In this document: piece by piece, positions 28,901 through 39,477 of the stretch
Numbering within the stretch: position 1 is the stretch's first letter
Layout: every line of letters begins with the position of its first letter
Assembly (NCBI GenBank): GCA_964490075.1
Contig: CAZBBK010000008.1
Location: 1 to 64,000 of the forward strand
Source: an uncultured Gemmatimonadota bacterium
GTDB lineage: Bacteria > GCA-2686955
Direction of reading: 5' to 3'
DNA: 64,000 bases
Notes under the pieces: model-generated
The model's input: the letters and a program-made list of their open reading frames with translations, nothing else
The model's database searches: none
What the model was told of the DNA's origin: nothing
Program-made: the position numbers and the translations under genes

Positions 28901-31816
28901 CACGGCAAAATGACCGTGGTCACCGGTCTCTCGGGATCTGGAAAATCGTCGCTTGCCTTCGATACGATATTCGCCGAAGGACAGCGCCGCTTCGTCGAGT
29001 CGTTGTCGACCTATGCACGGCGTTTTCTCGGCCGCATGGACAAGCCCCCGGTCGACTCGATCGAAGGACTTGCGCCGGCGATTGCCATCGACCAGGGGCG
29101 GGCCTCGCGCAGCCCGCGTTCGACCGTGGCCACCAACACCGAGGTGCACGACTACCTGCGACTGCTCTGGTCGCGCATCGGGCGCCCCCATTGCCCCGAT
29201 TGCGGGCACGAGATGAAAGCCTACTTTCCAACCAGTGCCGCCCGCGAAGCTCTGGCGCTGGCCGAAGGGCGGCGGATCCATATCACGATCCCGCTTTTCG
29301 ACGCCACTCGGCCCGAGCGTTTCGAGCTCGGTTCGGCGCGGCAGCTGCTCGAGAGCCGGGAGCGGATGCTGGGCGAGGGCTTCCTGCGGGTCCTGGTAGG
29401 AGATCGTGAGATTCGTCTCGACGAAGAGATCGAGCTCGACCTGGGGACCGTCGCCCGCATCGAGGCGGTGGTTGACAGAGTGCGGGCGCATGCGCGGAAC
29501 CAGCGCAGAATCGCAGAGGCATTCGATCGCGGCTACCACATCACCGGCGGCATCGCCGGCGTGGTCGCGCTGGACGACCGCGAAGGGGCGCGGATCGCGC
29601 GGGAGCTCTCGACCCGCCCCGGATGTGTTCCCTGTGACAAGTATCTCGACTCCGAGCTGAGCCCGCGGATGTTCAGCTTCAACAGCCACCAGGGAGCGTG
29701 CCCGACTTGCCATGGGCTCGGTGTGTCTCGCGAGCCCGATCCGGCACTGCTGATCGCCGACCAGAGCAAGCCGATCTTGGCGGGATTGGACAAAGCGCCG
29801 GCCTTTCTGCTGCGCCACAGCAACAGCACCTACGGTCCGCTGCTGCGGGCAGTGGTGGAGCGCATCGGGGCGACCATGCGCACCTCCTGGAGCAAGCTGA
29901 CGCGCGCACAGCGCGAGGTGTTGCTGAATGGCGATCCCAAGCATGTCTACACCATCCGCCGCCGTCGTCGCCGTCGCCGGGCATCCCGGGACTACACCTA
30001 TGAGATGCGCTGGGATGGCCTGGGCCCGCTGGTGAAGCGCTGGCATTCGGCGTCGACCGGAGGAGCCTGGACGCAGAGCCTGGAAAGGGTGATGGTGAAA
30101 CGATCCTGCGCGGAATGCGGAGGGCAGCGCTTACGCCGTGACATGTTGGCGGTGACCATCGCAGGTCTCAACATCATGGAGGTCGGAGCGATGACCGTCT
30201 CCGAGTGCGGCGATTGGTTCCATCAGCTCGAAGCAAGGCTCACCAAGGTAGAAGCCGAGATCGCACGCGACGCGATTCGAGAATGCATCTCGCGGCTCGG
30301 CTTTCTCGAGGACGTGGGAGTCGGGTACCTGGGCCTCGACCGCCCCTCCAGCACGCTCTCCGGTGGCGAGGCGCAGCGCATCCGTCTGGCGTCTCAGATC
30401 GGCAATCGACTGGCGGGGGTGATCTACGTGCTCGATGAGCCGACAGTGGGCTTGCACCCACGCGACACCGAGCGCCTGCTCGATACGCTGGAAGACTTGC
30501 GCGATCTCGGCAACACGATTCTGGTGGTGGAACACGACCGCGACACCATCGAACGCGCGGATCACGTGATCGATCTGGGTCCGGGGGCGGGTGAAGAGGG
30601 CGGCCGCGTGGTAGCGGCAGGGCCTCCGGCGGACCTGGCGAGGTCGCCGGAATCGTTGACCGGCGCCTATCTGTCCGGGCGCGAGGTGGTCGTGGCGCCC
30701 GCGGCGCGGAGATCGGGCACCGGAGGGGCGATTCGCGTGCGTGGAGCCGACATCAACAACCTACAGGGCGTGGACGTCGAGTTCCCGACCGGTGCGTTCT
30801 CCGTTGTCACCGGGGTGTCTGGTAGCGGCAAGTCGTCGCTGGTGATGGAGACCCTGCGACCGGCCATTGCGACCCTGCTCTCGGACGACTTCCGCGACGC
30901 CCGAGTGTTGCTGGTCCAGCCCAAAGGAGGGATGAAACCCCTGCGGAAGTTGGCGGTCATCGATCAAGCGCCGATCGGTCGCACGCCGAAGTCGAATCCC
31001 GCCACCTACTCCGGCGTTCTACCGCCGATTCGAGCGCTGTTCGCGAAGACACCGCTGGCCCGCCAGCGCGGCTATGCCGCCCGGCGCTTCAGCTTCAACA
31101 TTGCGGAAGGTCGTTGTCCAACCTGCGAAGGCGCTGGCGCCACACTGGTGGAGATGCATTTTCTGTCGGATGTGTGGGTGCGGTGTGACAAGTGCAAGGG
31201 CCGGCGTTTCAATCAAGAGACCCTGGAGGTGCGCTACCGGGGCAAGACGATCGCCGATGTGCTCGACTTGCACATCGAGGAGGCGGCGATCTTCTTCCAG
31301 AATCACCGGAGCATCTATCGGATTCTCGACACGCTCTGCCGCGTGGGCCTCGGCTATGTGAGGCTGGGCCAGAGCGCGACCACCCTCTCGGGCGGTGAGG
31401 CGCAGCGAATGAAGCTCGCCACCGAGCTGGCGCGCGTGCAGACCGGCGACACGCTCTACCTCCTGGATGAACCGACCACCGGCTTGCACCTGGCGGACGT
31501 CCGCAAACTGCTGGAAGTACTCGAAGGGCTCGTGCAGTCGGGGAATACGGTCATCACCATCGAGCATCATCCAGATGTGATGCTGGCGGCCGATTTCGTG
31601 GTCGACATGGGTCCGGAAGCGGGTGACGAAGGAGGAGAGATCGTCGCCTTCGGTTCGCCCGAGGAGGTGATGCGCACGAGAACGCATACGGCCAAGGCGC
31701 TGATCGAGCATCAACGAATGGGCAGAAAACGCGCCACGGGAAAACAGAGCAGCGCGAGCCGCCACCAACGATTGCGGCGCCGCAAGAAGAGCGGGGCCCC
31801 GGCGGAGCCGGTCTGA
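25922..31816 (+). CDS. uvrA: Tandemly duplicated (double-length) UvrA, 1964 aa
   Basis: Two complete UvrA units: four Walker A (G[VL]SGSGKS), four LSGGEAQR signatures, duplicated FSFNS and GRTPxSNPATY motifs and zinc fingers. Confidence 0.95.
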   Translation: MSTDRIQIRGARENNLAGIDVSLPRDALTVVTGVSGSGKSSLAFDTLYKEGHRRFVESLSAYARQFLGQMEKPRVDHVEGLSPTVSIDQKTVNRNPRSTVGTVTELYDCLRLLFARLGTPHCPECGHRIEGQTPDEIARRILALGEPFQRPGEKPPQALLLAPLVDDRKGEYRKELQDLAAEGFVRVRVDGEIRRLEEQIELDRYKRHTIEVIIDRVPLAADRRARLVEGIELALRRTGGQVRALVGEQLSTFSSLRACPRHEVELPEIEPRLFSFNSPHGACPDCNGLGWKRRVDARLLVPDDHRSIAGGAFANTDRHGKLLYTPYRLDDLRVVADHLGVSLDTPWRALPAKARRVFMKGTGRIELEFDVAWEGRGRKVSGTVRRAFRGVVGGMEHFLRWAGGGEWSKVSRFLAEGDCNSCDGTRLRPEALAVRFRDLSIADLAAMTVDETAAWTADLRLESGREQQIGREIAKELRTRLRFLADVGLGYVTLDRRTGSLSGGEAQRIRLARQVGSGLRGVLYVLDEPSIGLHARDNRKLLDTLGTLRDQGNTVVVVEHDEATMRAADHIIDVGPGAGVDGGRVVASGGYSALRDAARSLTADYLSGRRVIALPERRRSPDQGVIAVRGARQFNLKGIDVEIPLGCFVAVTGVSGSGKSTLVHQVLYRALRRHLHGAHEAPGDHDRIDNIDAVDKVIEIDQSPIGRTPRSNPATYTKVFTEIRDLFARVPESKARGYKPGRFSFNVKGGRCEYCKGAGLREVEMQFLSTVQVLCDECGGLRFNRETLEIRYSGRTIHDILEMTVDEALALYADVPRIARTLGTLADVGLGYVRLGQPCTTLSGGEAQRVKLASELRRPDTGKTLYILDEPTTGLHFADVERLIAALQRLVDAGNTVLVIEHNSDVIKVADWIVDLGPEGGDAGGEIVASGAPEQVAEHASGATARLLATVLAGGGADLANQRAARRRALDDERIAIHGARTHNLKGIDVEIPHGKMTVVTGLSGSGKSSLAFDTIFAEGQRRFVESLSTYARRFLGRMDKPPVDSIEGLAPAIAIDQGRASRSPRSTVATNTEVHDYLRLLWSRIGRPHCPDCGHEMKAYFPTSAAREALALAEGRRIHITIPLFDATRPERFELGSARQLLESRERMLGEGFLRVLVGDREIRLDEEIELDLGTVARIEAVVDRVRAHARNQRRIAEAFDRGYHITGGIAGVVALDDREGARIARELSTRPGCVPCDKYLDSELSPRMFSFNSHQGACPTCHGLGVSREPDPALLIADQSKPILAGLDKAPAFLLRHSNSTYGPLLRAVVERIGATMRTSWSKLTRAQREVLLNGDPKHVYTIRRRRRRRRASRDYTYEMRWDGLGPLVKRWHSASTGGAWTQSLERVMVKRSCAECGGQRLRRDMLAVTIAGLNIMEVGAMTVSECGDWFHQLEARLTKVEAEIARDAIRECISRLGFLEDVGVGYLGLDRPSSTLSGGEAQRIRLASQIGNRLAGVIYVLDEPTVGLHPRDTERLLDTLEDLRDLGNTILVVEHDRDTIERADHVIDLGPGAGEEGGRVVAAGPPADLARSPESLTGAYLSGREVVVAPAARRSGTGGAIRVRGADINNLQGVDVEFPTGAFSVVTGVSGSGKSSLVMETLRPAIATLLSDDFRDARVLLVQPKGGMKPLRKLAVIDQAPIGRTPKSNPATYSGVLPPIRALFAKTPLARQRGYAARRFSFNIAEGRCPTCEGAGATLVEMHFLSDVWVRCDKCKGRRFNQETLEVRYRGKTIADVLDLHIEEAAIFFQNHRSIYRILDTLCRVGLGYVRLGQSATTLSGGEAQRMKLATELARVQTGDTLYLLDEPTTGLHLADVRKLLEVLEGLVQSGNTVITIEHHPDVMLAADFVVDMGPEAGDEGGEIVAFGSPEEVMRTRTHTAKALIEHQRMGRKRATGKQSSASRHQRLRRRKKSGAPAEPV

Positions 31817-32409
31817 TGCTCGTGGATGCTGGCGCGGGCTTCGGCGGGCCGGCCATCGGCGGCCAGCGCCTGTGCCTGGCGAAAGCAGGCCTCGGCGGAT
31901 GAGGGGCATCGGGCCGCGGCCTTGGCGTAGCGCCCGAGTGCTTCGCCAGACGATCCCAGACGCGAGTAGGCGCGCGCCGCCAGCAAATCGGCATCGCCCG
32001 GCCGGTGGCTCGGATGCTCGTCGGCTACTTCGCCGGCCAGGGCCGCCGCGCCGGCGAAATCGCCGCGCGCGAACCGAACCCGCGCGCAGTCCAGCATCAG
32101 CTGCGGGTCGGGGTCTGCGTGACGGTTGCCGCGCATCATCTCGTGGGCCTCTTCCAAGTAGTGCGCAGCCTTGGCATAGCGCCGGCCTCGAAGGTAGATC
32201 GCGCCGAGCTGGTGGCGAGCTTCGTAGTCGGCGGGGTTGGCCAGCTGCGCCCTCCTCTGGTCCATGAAGCGCGCGCGCTGGGCCATGACGGTGACCAGGC
32301 GGGTCAGCCACTGGCCTGCGAGGAGTGCGGCGAGCAACACGCCGACCCCCGCGACGCCGAAGTAGCGAAGGCCGAAGTAGAGCGCGATGATCCAGACCCA
32401 GGCGCTCAT
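31711..32409 (-). CDS. Membrane-anchored TPR protein
   Basis: N-terminal hydrophobic helices, NPADYEARHQLGAIYL TPR-like repeats; ATG 32409 overlaps the NUDIX stop. Confidence 0.65.
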   Translation of the reverse strand: MSAWVWIIALYFGLRYFGVAGVGVLLAALLAGQWLTRLVTVMAQRARFMDQRRAQLANPADYEARHQLGAIYLRGRRYAKAAHYLEEAHEMMRGNRHADPDPQLMLDCARVRFARGDFAGAAALAGEVADEHPSHRPGDADLLAARAYSRLGSSGEALGRYAKAAARCPSSAEACFRQAQALAADGRPAEARASIHEHQTGSAGAPLFLRRRNRWWRLALLCFPVARFLPIR

Positions 32410-32900
32410 CCCTCGGTCCGGCCTCCGGCCAGCGTCGCCAGATTTCGGACGCCGCGCCGCCATTCAAGGTAGTGCCCGATGATCTCCTCGTGGTCGAAGG
32501 CCATCGGCTGCGGCGGGTCGCGCGGATCGACGATGGCCACCTTCGCGGCGTCGTCCATGGCCCGAGGGATCCCCTTCGAGCTGGCGACGTAGACGGTGGT
32601 GGTGGTCAGGCCGCGCGGGTCTCGACCGGGGGTCGAATAGACGCCGAGCAGGCCCTCCAATCGGATCTCCAGTCCCGTCTCCTCTCGCGCTTCCCGCTCC
32701 GCACAGCGCTCCAAGTCCTCGCCGGGATCCAGGAACCCGCCAGGCAGCGCCCAGCCGAAAGGGGCATTCCGTCGTTCGATCAGCACGATGCCGCGCATCG
32801 AGTCCGAGGCATCCCGCAGCTCGATCAGAGCGTCGGCCGTGACCCGACGCGGCGGATCCTGACTGCCGCATTTCGAACAGAAAGCGCTCGACGATGTCAT
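32406..32900 (-). CDS. NUDIX hydrolase
   Basis: Nudix box GGFLDPGEDLERCAEREAREETGL; RDPRG; AFDH. Confidence 0.9.
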   Translation of the reverse strand: MTSSSAFCSKCGSQDPPRRVTADALIELRDASDSMRGIVLIERRNAPFGWALPGGFLDPGEDLERCAEREAREETGLEIRLEGLLGVYSTPGRDPRGLTTTTVYVASSKGIPRAMDDAAKVAIVDPRDPPQPMAFDHEEIIGHYLEWRRGVRNLATLAGGRTEG

Positions 32901-32937
32901 GGGACGAATGCTATCGCTCCCACGCCCTTCCCCACCG

Positions 32938-32974
32938 AAAAAGGAACGGGGACCGCCCGAAGGCAGCCCCCGTC
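32938..32974 (-). terminator. Intrinsic terminator
   Basis: Minus strand ACGGGGGCTGCC-TTCG-GGCGGTCCCCGT followed by TCCTTTTT. Confidence 0.75.
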
Positions 32975-33038
32975 GGCTGGGGTTCGACGCATCTCTTGCG
33001 TCGGTCTTTCTACGAGTCAGAGCGCGCGAAGATCCCCG

Positions 33039-34025
33039 CTACTCATCCCACGGCGCGTGAACCAGGAAGGGAATCGCCCAGGCGGTGCTGTTGTAGTCGT
33101 CGCCGAACTCGGTCATCAGAGTCGAAGACGCCATCACGTCGACCACCACGCGCGCCAGCGGACGATCGCCACCGAGCTCCAACTCGATCGTGTAGATGCC
33201 ATCGCCCGGAATGCGATCGCCTCGCTCGCCGTTGTCCGCCATGCGGAAGCGCCGGCCGATCGGTCGATCGTCGTTGAAGCCGTCGCTACCCCAGTCACGA
33301 ACCCGGCGGCCCTGGGTGTGCAGGTAGACCCACTGGGCGGGAGTCCAGGTCTGATCGGTGTTGCCGACCGCGGCCTCGACCCGCAAAACCTGTCCGGGCT
33401 CGGCGAAGGGAAGATCGGCGGGGAACGCGAGGAAGATGCTCGGGTCGTCGATGGAGAGCATCTGCTCGCCATCCACCCAGATATCGACGCTCTCGATGTA
33501 GACGGTCTGGTCTTCGATGTTCGCCAGGCGGATCGTGGCGGGGGTCAGCGCGGTCAGCCGCCACTCGTCGTCCTCGATGCGCGCGAAGCGGCTGGAGCGC
33601 TTCCAGTTGTCCACGAACCCCTTGACCCCGGGATTGCGGATCCCGTCGTCGCTGCGGTCGATGTAGAGCCTTCCTCCCATGGTGCGTCGAATGGTCGTTT
33701 CGGCGTGTCTGGGATCGGGGTAGAAGGTCTCGACCAGGCGGCGCAGCGGACCGGTGGGCTGACGGCCCCAGGCCACCGGAAGCGTGGCGTTTCCATCCTC
33801 GGGCTCGAAGGCGGCATCGACGTCGCCGTCGCGCTCGTCTCCGGCGTAGACCGCGCCTTCCATCGACTCGTAGTGCACGTCGAAGAAGTCGCCGTAGTTC
33901 GAATCCATCGAGCTTTCGAGCCCGGCATCGTCCGATCCCTGGCTACCGAGCGGGTTGTCGGCGCAGCCGACCAGGGTCAGAGCGGCGGCCGAAAGGGTCG
34001 TCATGAGTGCGAGAGTGCGGTGCAT
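33039..34025 (-). CDS. Lipoprotein of unknown function
   Basis: AGGAG RBS, ATG 34025, lipobox LVGC; Asp/Gly loop DNGERGDRIPGDGIYT. Confidence 0.7.
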   Translation of the reverse strand: MHRTLALMTTLSAAALTLVGCADNPLGSQGSDDAGLESSMDSNYGDFFDVHYESMEGAVYAGDERDGDVDAAFEPEDGNATLPVAWGRQPTGPLRRLVETFYPDPRHAETTIRRTMGGRLYIDRSDDGIRNPGVKGFVDNWKRSSRFARIEDDEWRLTALTPATIRLANIEDQTVYIESVDIWVDGEQMLSIDDPSIFLAFPADLPFAEPGQVLRVEAAVGNTDQTWTPAQWVYLHTQGRRVRDWGSDGFNDDRPIGRRFRMADNGERGDRIPGDGIYTIELELGGDRPLARVVVDVMASSTLMTEFGDDYNSTAWAIPFLVHAPWDE

Positions 34026-34281
34026 CGTATGTTCTCCTGAACAGCGGTGAGCGGTTGTGGTTGCCCCTGCACCGCGACTCAGGCAAGAGCCAAGCCAGGC
34101 CGCCGCCGTATCTCGCAATTCGTTTAAGGGTGTTGTATTACACGGCTGCCGAAGCGTTGGATCCGCGCTCGCCACGCGGCTCTTGTGCGCATCCGTACAC
34201 CGGAACGCACCCTTGCGTGCAGCCCACCACGGGAAGCGCCGCCCGCGGAGACGGGCGGCGCTCTGAGGAGCTACGGGTGGC

Positions 34282-35019
34282 TCACACCATGACGATGCGG
34301 CCGTCCCCCTTCCGTCGCGCGTCGGCCAGCCGTTTCTCGGCCAGGTCCATCAACCTCTTGGCCGAGTCGGCATCGATTGGATACGCGGCGACCGCCGCGG
34401 TGAACGATCGAATGCGACCGGGGGCGGGATCGTTGCCGGCCAGATGGTCCTGCAGCCGAGAGATGACCGTCATCGCCTGCGTGGGGTAGGTGGCGGGCAT
34501 GACCAGCGCAATCTCCTCGCTTCCCCATCGCCCGACGCCATCGACCCTGCGCAGCCGTTGGCGCACGAACTGTGCGAACTCCGACAATGCCCGATCGGCG
34601 GCCTCCGGACCCAGGCCCGCGGCCAGCGAGTCGAGTCCGTTGGGATCCAGAATCGCCACCGCGAAGGGCTTCATGATTCGCGCGGAGAGCTCGACCTCGT
34701 TCTCGACTCGGGTGAAGAGGTTTTCGCGCCCGGGCATTCCGGTGACCGGGTCGACGCCGGCCGCGAAGCGCTCGCGACGGATCGCCTCGAGCCTACCGGC
34801 GACCAGGGCGATCACGCGCTCGGGGACGATTTCCTCGTCCTCCGGGACGCTGAGAGTCGGCACATTCGCCGGGCCGGGTCCGCTGCTGCCGTCCACGACC
34901 GCCAGTTGGGCCTCGGCCGCCCGCTCGTCACAGACGACCTCGAACCCGGCGAGCCCGAGCGCCTGCTCCCAGCTCTGCGCACGTTTCTCGTCTACCACGA
35001 GGGCGATCGAGTCGGTCAT
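34282..35019 (-). CDS. GGDEF-domain protein with degenerate active site
   Basis: DPVTGMPGR, RxxD I-site (RRVD), RWGSEEI in place of RxGGDEF; ATG 35019. Confidence 0.75.
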   Translation of the reverse strand: MTDSIALVVDEKRAQSWEQALGLAGFEVVCDERAAEAQLAVVDGSSGPGPANVPTLSVPEDEEIVPERVIALVAGRLEAIRRERFAAGVDPVTGMPGRENLFTRVENEVELSARIMKPFAVAILDPNGLDSLAAGLGPEAADRALSEFAQFVRQRLRRVDGVGRWGSEEIALVMPATYPTQAMTVISRLQDHLAGNDPAPGRIRSFTAAVAAYPIDADSAKRLMDLAEKRLADARRKGDGRIVMV

Positions 35020-35131
35020 GTCCCCAGTCCTTTCGGCTTTCCGTCGCCATGCTCCCGCACGAGGCACTCTGTCCCGCGGGGTCCTTCGATGTTCATCGTC
35101 ATCGTTCTTGTTGCCTTGAGTATTACGGTCT

Positions 35132-37963
35132 TCAAACACAAGCCAGAGGCCGTGACCGGACGATCCAGTTCGCGTCCAGGTAGAACTCCACACCGGCCAA
35201 GGTCTCTTCCAGTTCGAGAGACCAGGAGAGGATCTTGATGATCGTACCGGGGAAGACTTCGCCGCGCACTCGAACCGTCGCCGGGTAGGTCCCACGCTGC
35301 GGAATCAAGGTCGTCCACCCCCCCTCGGGCGGCTCGGGCGGGGCGTCTTCGCGCAACCCCACGGTGGCTCCCACCTCGACGAAGGTGCGGGCGCCGAGCT
35401 CGCTGCCGAGCTTCTCGGCCTCGATTCTTTGCGCCGCACGCAGTGATCCGCCGACGCCACGGCTCTTGCCCCTGCCGAAACGAAGCGTGCCCAGAGTGCG
35501 GATATCCGCGTTGATCGCTTCTCGCCGCACCAATACATCGCCCTGCGCGACGATCAGGGCGCGATCGACAACGGCGACGTCGACGTCTTGTCCCGCGTGA
35601 ACCTCGGCCCGGCTGGCGAAGTAGACCCCCTCGCCGACGTAAACCGATGCCGGCGAGTGAATGAGGCCGTCTTCGACCGACTTGCCGACGAAGACGGGGC
35701 CCCCCGCCCGCACCTCGAATCCAGCGGCGACGGTCCCCTCTATCGTGACCATGCACTTCGAATCGATGTGGCCCACTGCGAAATCGACGTCTCCTTCGAC
35801 GACGTAGTTCTCCAGGACCTCGACGACGTCTTGCTGCTGGTTGTAGACGCCCTCCCGAGCGGCGAAGTACTCGAGCTCGTCTGAGCTCAAGCGCACTCCG
35901 CGCCCGGCGCGAGGGGTCAGGTCTTCGCCGTCGCGACACGGAATCTCCGTCCCGAGCACGCTGATCCCGGAAGCACCTCCGCGGGTCGGCGGAACGCGAG
36001 AGGCCAGGTGATGGCCGGCCTCCACTGCCCGCGAGTGGATCATCTCCCGGAAGTCGACCTGTTCGTCTCCTTCCGCGCCCTCGAATCGGTTCCTCGTGTC
36101 GATGTGGCAGATGAACCGGGCGGGGTCGCCATGCTCCGGTTCCGTTCCCGTGGCAAGAGCGATCGGAGCGGCCGCGGCACGCCACGCCTCTCCCGCGCGT
36201 GCGGCCAGAGCGTTCAGCGCCTCCTCGTCGATGCCGTGCACCACTCCTGCGCGCTCCAGCGCGGCATCGATGCCGGCGCGATCGGGAACGACCAGCCCCT
36301 CCGGAGCCGCGTCGCGCGGAAAACTGGCGCTCAAGAGATCGTCGGCGATCCCGACCATCGATTCGGTGCACAGGGTGCCGGCCTGGAGTGCCGGCAGCGA
36401 GGTCTCCGGCCCCGACGCCGAGAACGAGAGGCCATCCGCTTCGGCCACCACACCATCCCCGGCCTCGAGGAGGATGTCGCGCCCGGACTCGGCCTCGATC
36501 GTCTCTCCGGTGACGCTCAGGCCGTCGGTCCCCGGCGCCGCCGGTTTCTTGGACGCCAGCTTCTGGCCGGCCCCCGCCCACTGGTCGGCCGCGTGGAACT
36601 CCGGATCACCGATGAAGCGATTCGGGTCCTCGCCGCGCACGGTGAATTCGAAGGTCACACGGGCGTCGTCGCCCGGGACCGGTTCGATGCCGCGGGCGAC
36701 GACACGGCGCGGGCCGAGCTCTGCATCGGGCTCCAAGTCCCGGCACTCCCGGGCGAGATTCTCGATCTCCTCGGGCAGCAACCGCTCCTTGGCGATCCCC
36801 TCCCCGATGAGCGCATCGGTCAGGATCTCCGCTCTCATCTCCTCTTTCTTGACGTCGATCGCCCCGTTCTCATCGCGCCGGGCCACCGTCATGACCGGCA
36901 GCGCCTCCATTGTCGCGCTAAGCCGGTCATTCGCGATCTTGACCAGCGGTCTCAGGGCCACGGAGTCGCCCAGGAAACGCATCCGGCCGAATCGCGTGGC
37001 CACCAGGTCGTTGGTCTCGGCATCGAGCTCGACTCCCGGTCCGGGGCGCAGTTCGGGGCGCTCCGTCGAATCGAAGCGAATCCGTCTTCCCGTTACGTCC
37101 TGGCCGTCATGTCCGGTCGCGGCCGAGATCCTGGATCCGATGATCGAATCCCTCGGCAGAACCTCGTCCTCGGCAACGTAGAACTTGTGCCGAGATACCT
37201 CGCCACGCTTGACCGCCCGACCACGGGCGACCTCGACATCGGCGATCGACTTTCCGCTCGCCTTGGCCTTCGCCAGTGCCGTGCGGATTGACGCTTCGTC
37301 CAGCCCGTGGATCACACCGCAGTCCCGGATCGTGCGCGCGAGCGATTCCGGCGTCGCTTGCACGGTGCCGGCCAGCACAGGAGGGATTGTGGCGGTCGCC
37401 GTCAGTCGATCGGGCGATATCGCAATCATGGGACGCAGATCGAGCAGGCCCTCGCGCAGCACCGGGAGTCCGAAGATCCTGGCGGTCGCGGCGGCGCCGC
37501 CCTTCAAGACCTGAACCCGCGCCGTCGCGGGCCGCGCGGTGGTGTCGCCCTCCGGGGCACGAATCCTCTTTCCGCCGACCGTGACGCCGTCTCGGCCGGG
37601 GCCTCCCGCCCGCCAGCGTGCGATGGGCTCTCCGCGCGGCGCCGGCAGCGGAGGGTCGTCGCGCAGCTCCCAACGGCCAGATGTCGGGGGACTGGGGGGG
37701 TGGGCTCGAACCAGAATCAGCGCGGCATCGCCTCGGCCCAGCTTGTCCCATGCCTTGTTCAGTCGCGTCTCGATCCCCTTCGGCAGAGGGATCTTGATAC
37801 CAGCAGCAGTCGCGGCCGCGCACAGCTCCGCGCGCTTCGGTGGCGATCCCGGAGGACAGCCTCTTCTGGTCAGCTTGGCTGAGAGGTCATCGGCGGCCAC
37901 CACGATCTTGAAGGGGGAACGCGGGCTGCCGGCCGCCCGCCTGTCCGAGTGCGGATTCGGCAT
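35132..37963 (-). CDS. FapA/DUF342-family protein with repeated N-terminal modules
   Basis: Repeated ISxDxLxA...GVxHGxDE...VAxGxxP units; VDFREM; C-terminal beta-solenoid VVEGDVDFAVGHI...VFPGTII; start uncertain. Confidence 0.75.
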   Translation of the reverse strand: MPNPHSDRRAAGSPRSPFKIVVAADDLSAKLTRRGCPPGSPPKRAELCAAATAAGIKIPLPKGIETRLNKAWDKLGRGDAALILVRAHPPSPPTSGRWELRDDPPLPAPRGEPIARWRAGGPGRDGVTVGGKRIRAPEGDTTARPATARVQVLKGGAAATARIFGLPVLREGLLDLRPMIAISPDRLTATATIPPVLAGTVQATPESLARTIRDCGVIHGLDEASIRTALAKAKASGKSIADVEVARGRAVKRGEVSRHKFYVAEDEVLPRDSIIGSRISAATGHDGQDVTGRRIRFDSTERPELRPGPGVELDAETNDLVATRFGRMRFLGDSVALRPLVKIANDRLSATMEALPVMTVARRDENGAIDVKKEEMRAEILTDALIGEGIAKERLLPEEIENLARECRDLEPDAELGPRRVVARGIEPVPGDDARVTFEFTVRGEDPNRFIGDPEFHAADQWAGAGQKLASKKPAAPGTDGLSVTGETIEAESGRDILLEAGDGVVAEADGLSFSASGPETSLPALQAGTLCTESMVGIADDLLSASFPRDAAPEGLVVPDRAGIDAALERAGVVHGIDEEALNALAARAGEAWRAAAAPIALATGTEPEHGDPARFICHIDTRNRFEGAEGDEQVDFREMIHSRAVEAGHHLASRVPPTRGGASGISVLGTEIPCRDGEDLTPRAGRGVRLSSDELEYFAAREGVYNQQQDVVEVLENYVVEGDVDFAVGHIDSKCMVTIEGTVAAGFEVRAGGPVFVGKSVEDGLIHSPASVYVGEGVYFASRAEVHAGQDVDVAVVDRALIVAQGDVLVRREAINADIRTLGTLRFGRGKSRGVGGSLRAAQRIEAEKLGSELGARTFVEVGATVGLREDAPPEPPEGGWTTLIPQRGTYPATVRVRGEVFPGTIIKILSWSLELEETLAGVEFYLDANWIVRSRPLACV

Positions 37964-38262
37964 CTTGAGCTTCTGGGAACCGGGTCCAGTGTGTGGCTCT
38001 CCTCGGTGGAGATCCCTGATCGTCTCGCCCTGATCGAAGGCCCGTGATAACCTCCTGCCAGGTTTGATCTGAGCGCCCATCGCTGCAGCCTGCCGGCAAC
38101 GGTGCGAACCGGTTCGTGCTCGGATCCGGCCTGTTCGCACAGCGAGTGTCCGCAGGCTATCAGCCTCGAGAGCGGCCCGAGCCCCCGCCGCTCGTCGTGG
38201 AACTCGAACCCTATGCTCAGACTATCGGTCTGGATCGTCCAGGGTTTTCAGTTGGAGAGCAG

Positions 38263-39477
38263 ATGGCGAACCAGAGATTCCGAGTCTGTGTCATCGACGG
38301 AGACGGCGATTCCGTCGCGGCCGTCTCGGACGCGTTGGCGTCTCTCAACGCCGACATCGTGGGTGTCTCCGATGGGGCGAAGGGGCTGTCCGCCCTGATG
38401 AGGCGTTCCTTCGATCTGATCATCCTCGACCTGATGCTCGATCAACTCTCGGGATTCGAGCTCGTCGAGCGAATCCGCTCAGAGGGTCCGAACTCACGGA
38501 CGCCGGTGGTCGTGGTGTCACCTCTGGTTATCGACGATACGCTAGTGAGCGAGGACGAGCTCAACGTCGATGCACTCTTGCCCAAGCCGCTCGACCAACG
38601 AGAGCTCGAGCGCGCGGCGCGGTCGATCCTGGAGCCCTCATCTGTAGAGCTCGAAGCCATCAGCCGCCGGAAGCTCCTGTTGGTTGAGGACAACGAGTAC
38701 AACGCCGAGCTGGTTCGTCTTCGACTGGGACAGGAGACCTACGACGTATCACACGCGGTCGACGGCCAGGGCGCGCTGCGCGCGTTCGAGAGAATCCACC
38801 CCGATGTCGTCTTGCTGGACATCCAGATCCCTTCACCGAACGGCCTGGAGGTGCTGCGGGAAATCCGAGCGCACGATCAGGACGTGCTGGTGGTGATGAT
38901 GACGGCCTTCGGGTCCGAAAAGGTCGCGGTCGAGGCGATGAAGATCGGTGCCGATGAGTACCTCACCAAACCGCTGGAGCACCGAAAGCTGGAGCGCTTT
39001 CTCGACGAAGCCTGGGTCCGGAGCCGGCTGAAAGCCGAGAACCGTCAGCTGGTCGCTCGTCTCTGGCTCTCGACCCGCGAGCTGCTGGGCCAGTACAAAG
39101 CGACCTCAGCTGCCATGCTTGCTCTGCGCGAGAAACAGGACGAACTGGTCCGTGCCCAGCGGCTGGCGGCCGTTACCGAGGCCGCGGTCAGCATCAACCA
39201 CGAAATCAACAACCCGCTGTGCTCCATCGTGGGCAACGCAGATCTGTTGCTGCGCAAGCACCCCGCCGCGGACCCGGATATCATCCGCAAGGTACGGAGT
39301 ATCGAGCGCGAGAGTCAGCGCATTCGCGAAATCACCAAGAAGCTGGCCAGCCTGGCCAACGTTGTCACGACCCAGTATGCCGGTGGTGTTCAGATGATTG
39401 ACATCGACCGGTCTCTGACCACCGACTCACAGACTCCCAGTCAACCCAAGAAGAAACGGAACAGAAGCGAACCATGA
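38263..39477 (+). CDS. Double receiver-domain protein with C-terminal HisKA (DHp) but no ATPase domain
   Basis: REC1 IILDLML..SG...LPKP; REC2 LLDIQIP..NG...YLTKP; H-box INHEINNPL; no N/G1/G2 boxes. Confidence 0.8.
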   Translation: MANQRFRVCVIDGDGDSVAAVSDALASLNADIVGVSDGAKGLSALMRRSFDLIILDLMLDQLSGFELVERIRSEGPNSRTPVVVVSPLVIDDTLVSEDELNVDALLPKPLDQRELERAARSILEPSSVELEAISRRKLLLVEDNEYNAELVRLRLGQETYDVSHAVDGQGALRAFERIHPDVVLLDIQIPSPNGLEVLREIRAHDQDVLVVMMTAFGSEKVAVEAMKIGADEYLTKPLEHRKLERFLDEAWVRSRLKAENRQLVARLWLSTRELLGQYKATSAAMLALREKQDELVRAQRLAAVTEAAVSINHEINNPLCSIVGNADLLLRKHPAADPDIIRKVRSIERESQRIREITKKLASLANVVTTQYAGGVQMIDIDRSLTTDSQTPSQPKKKRNRSEP

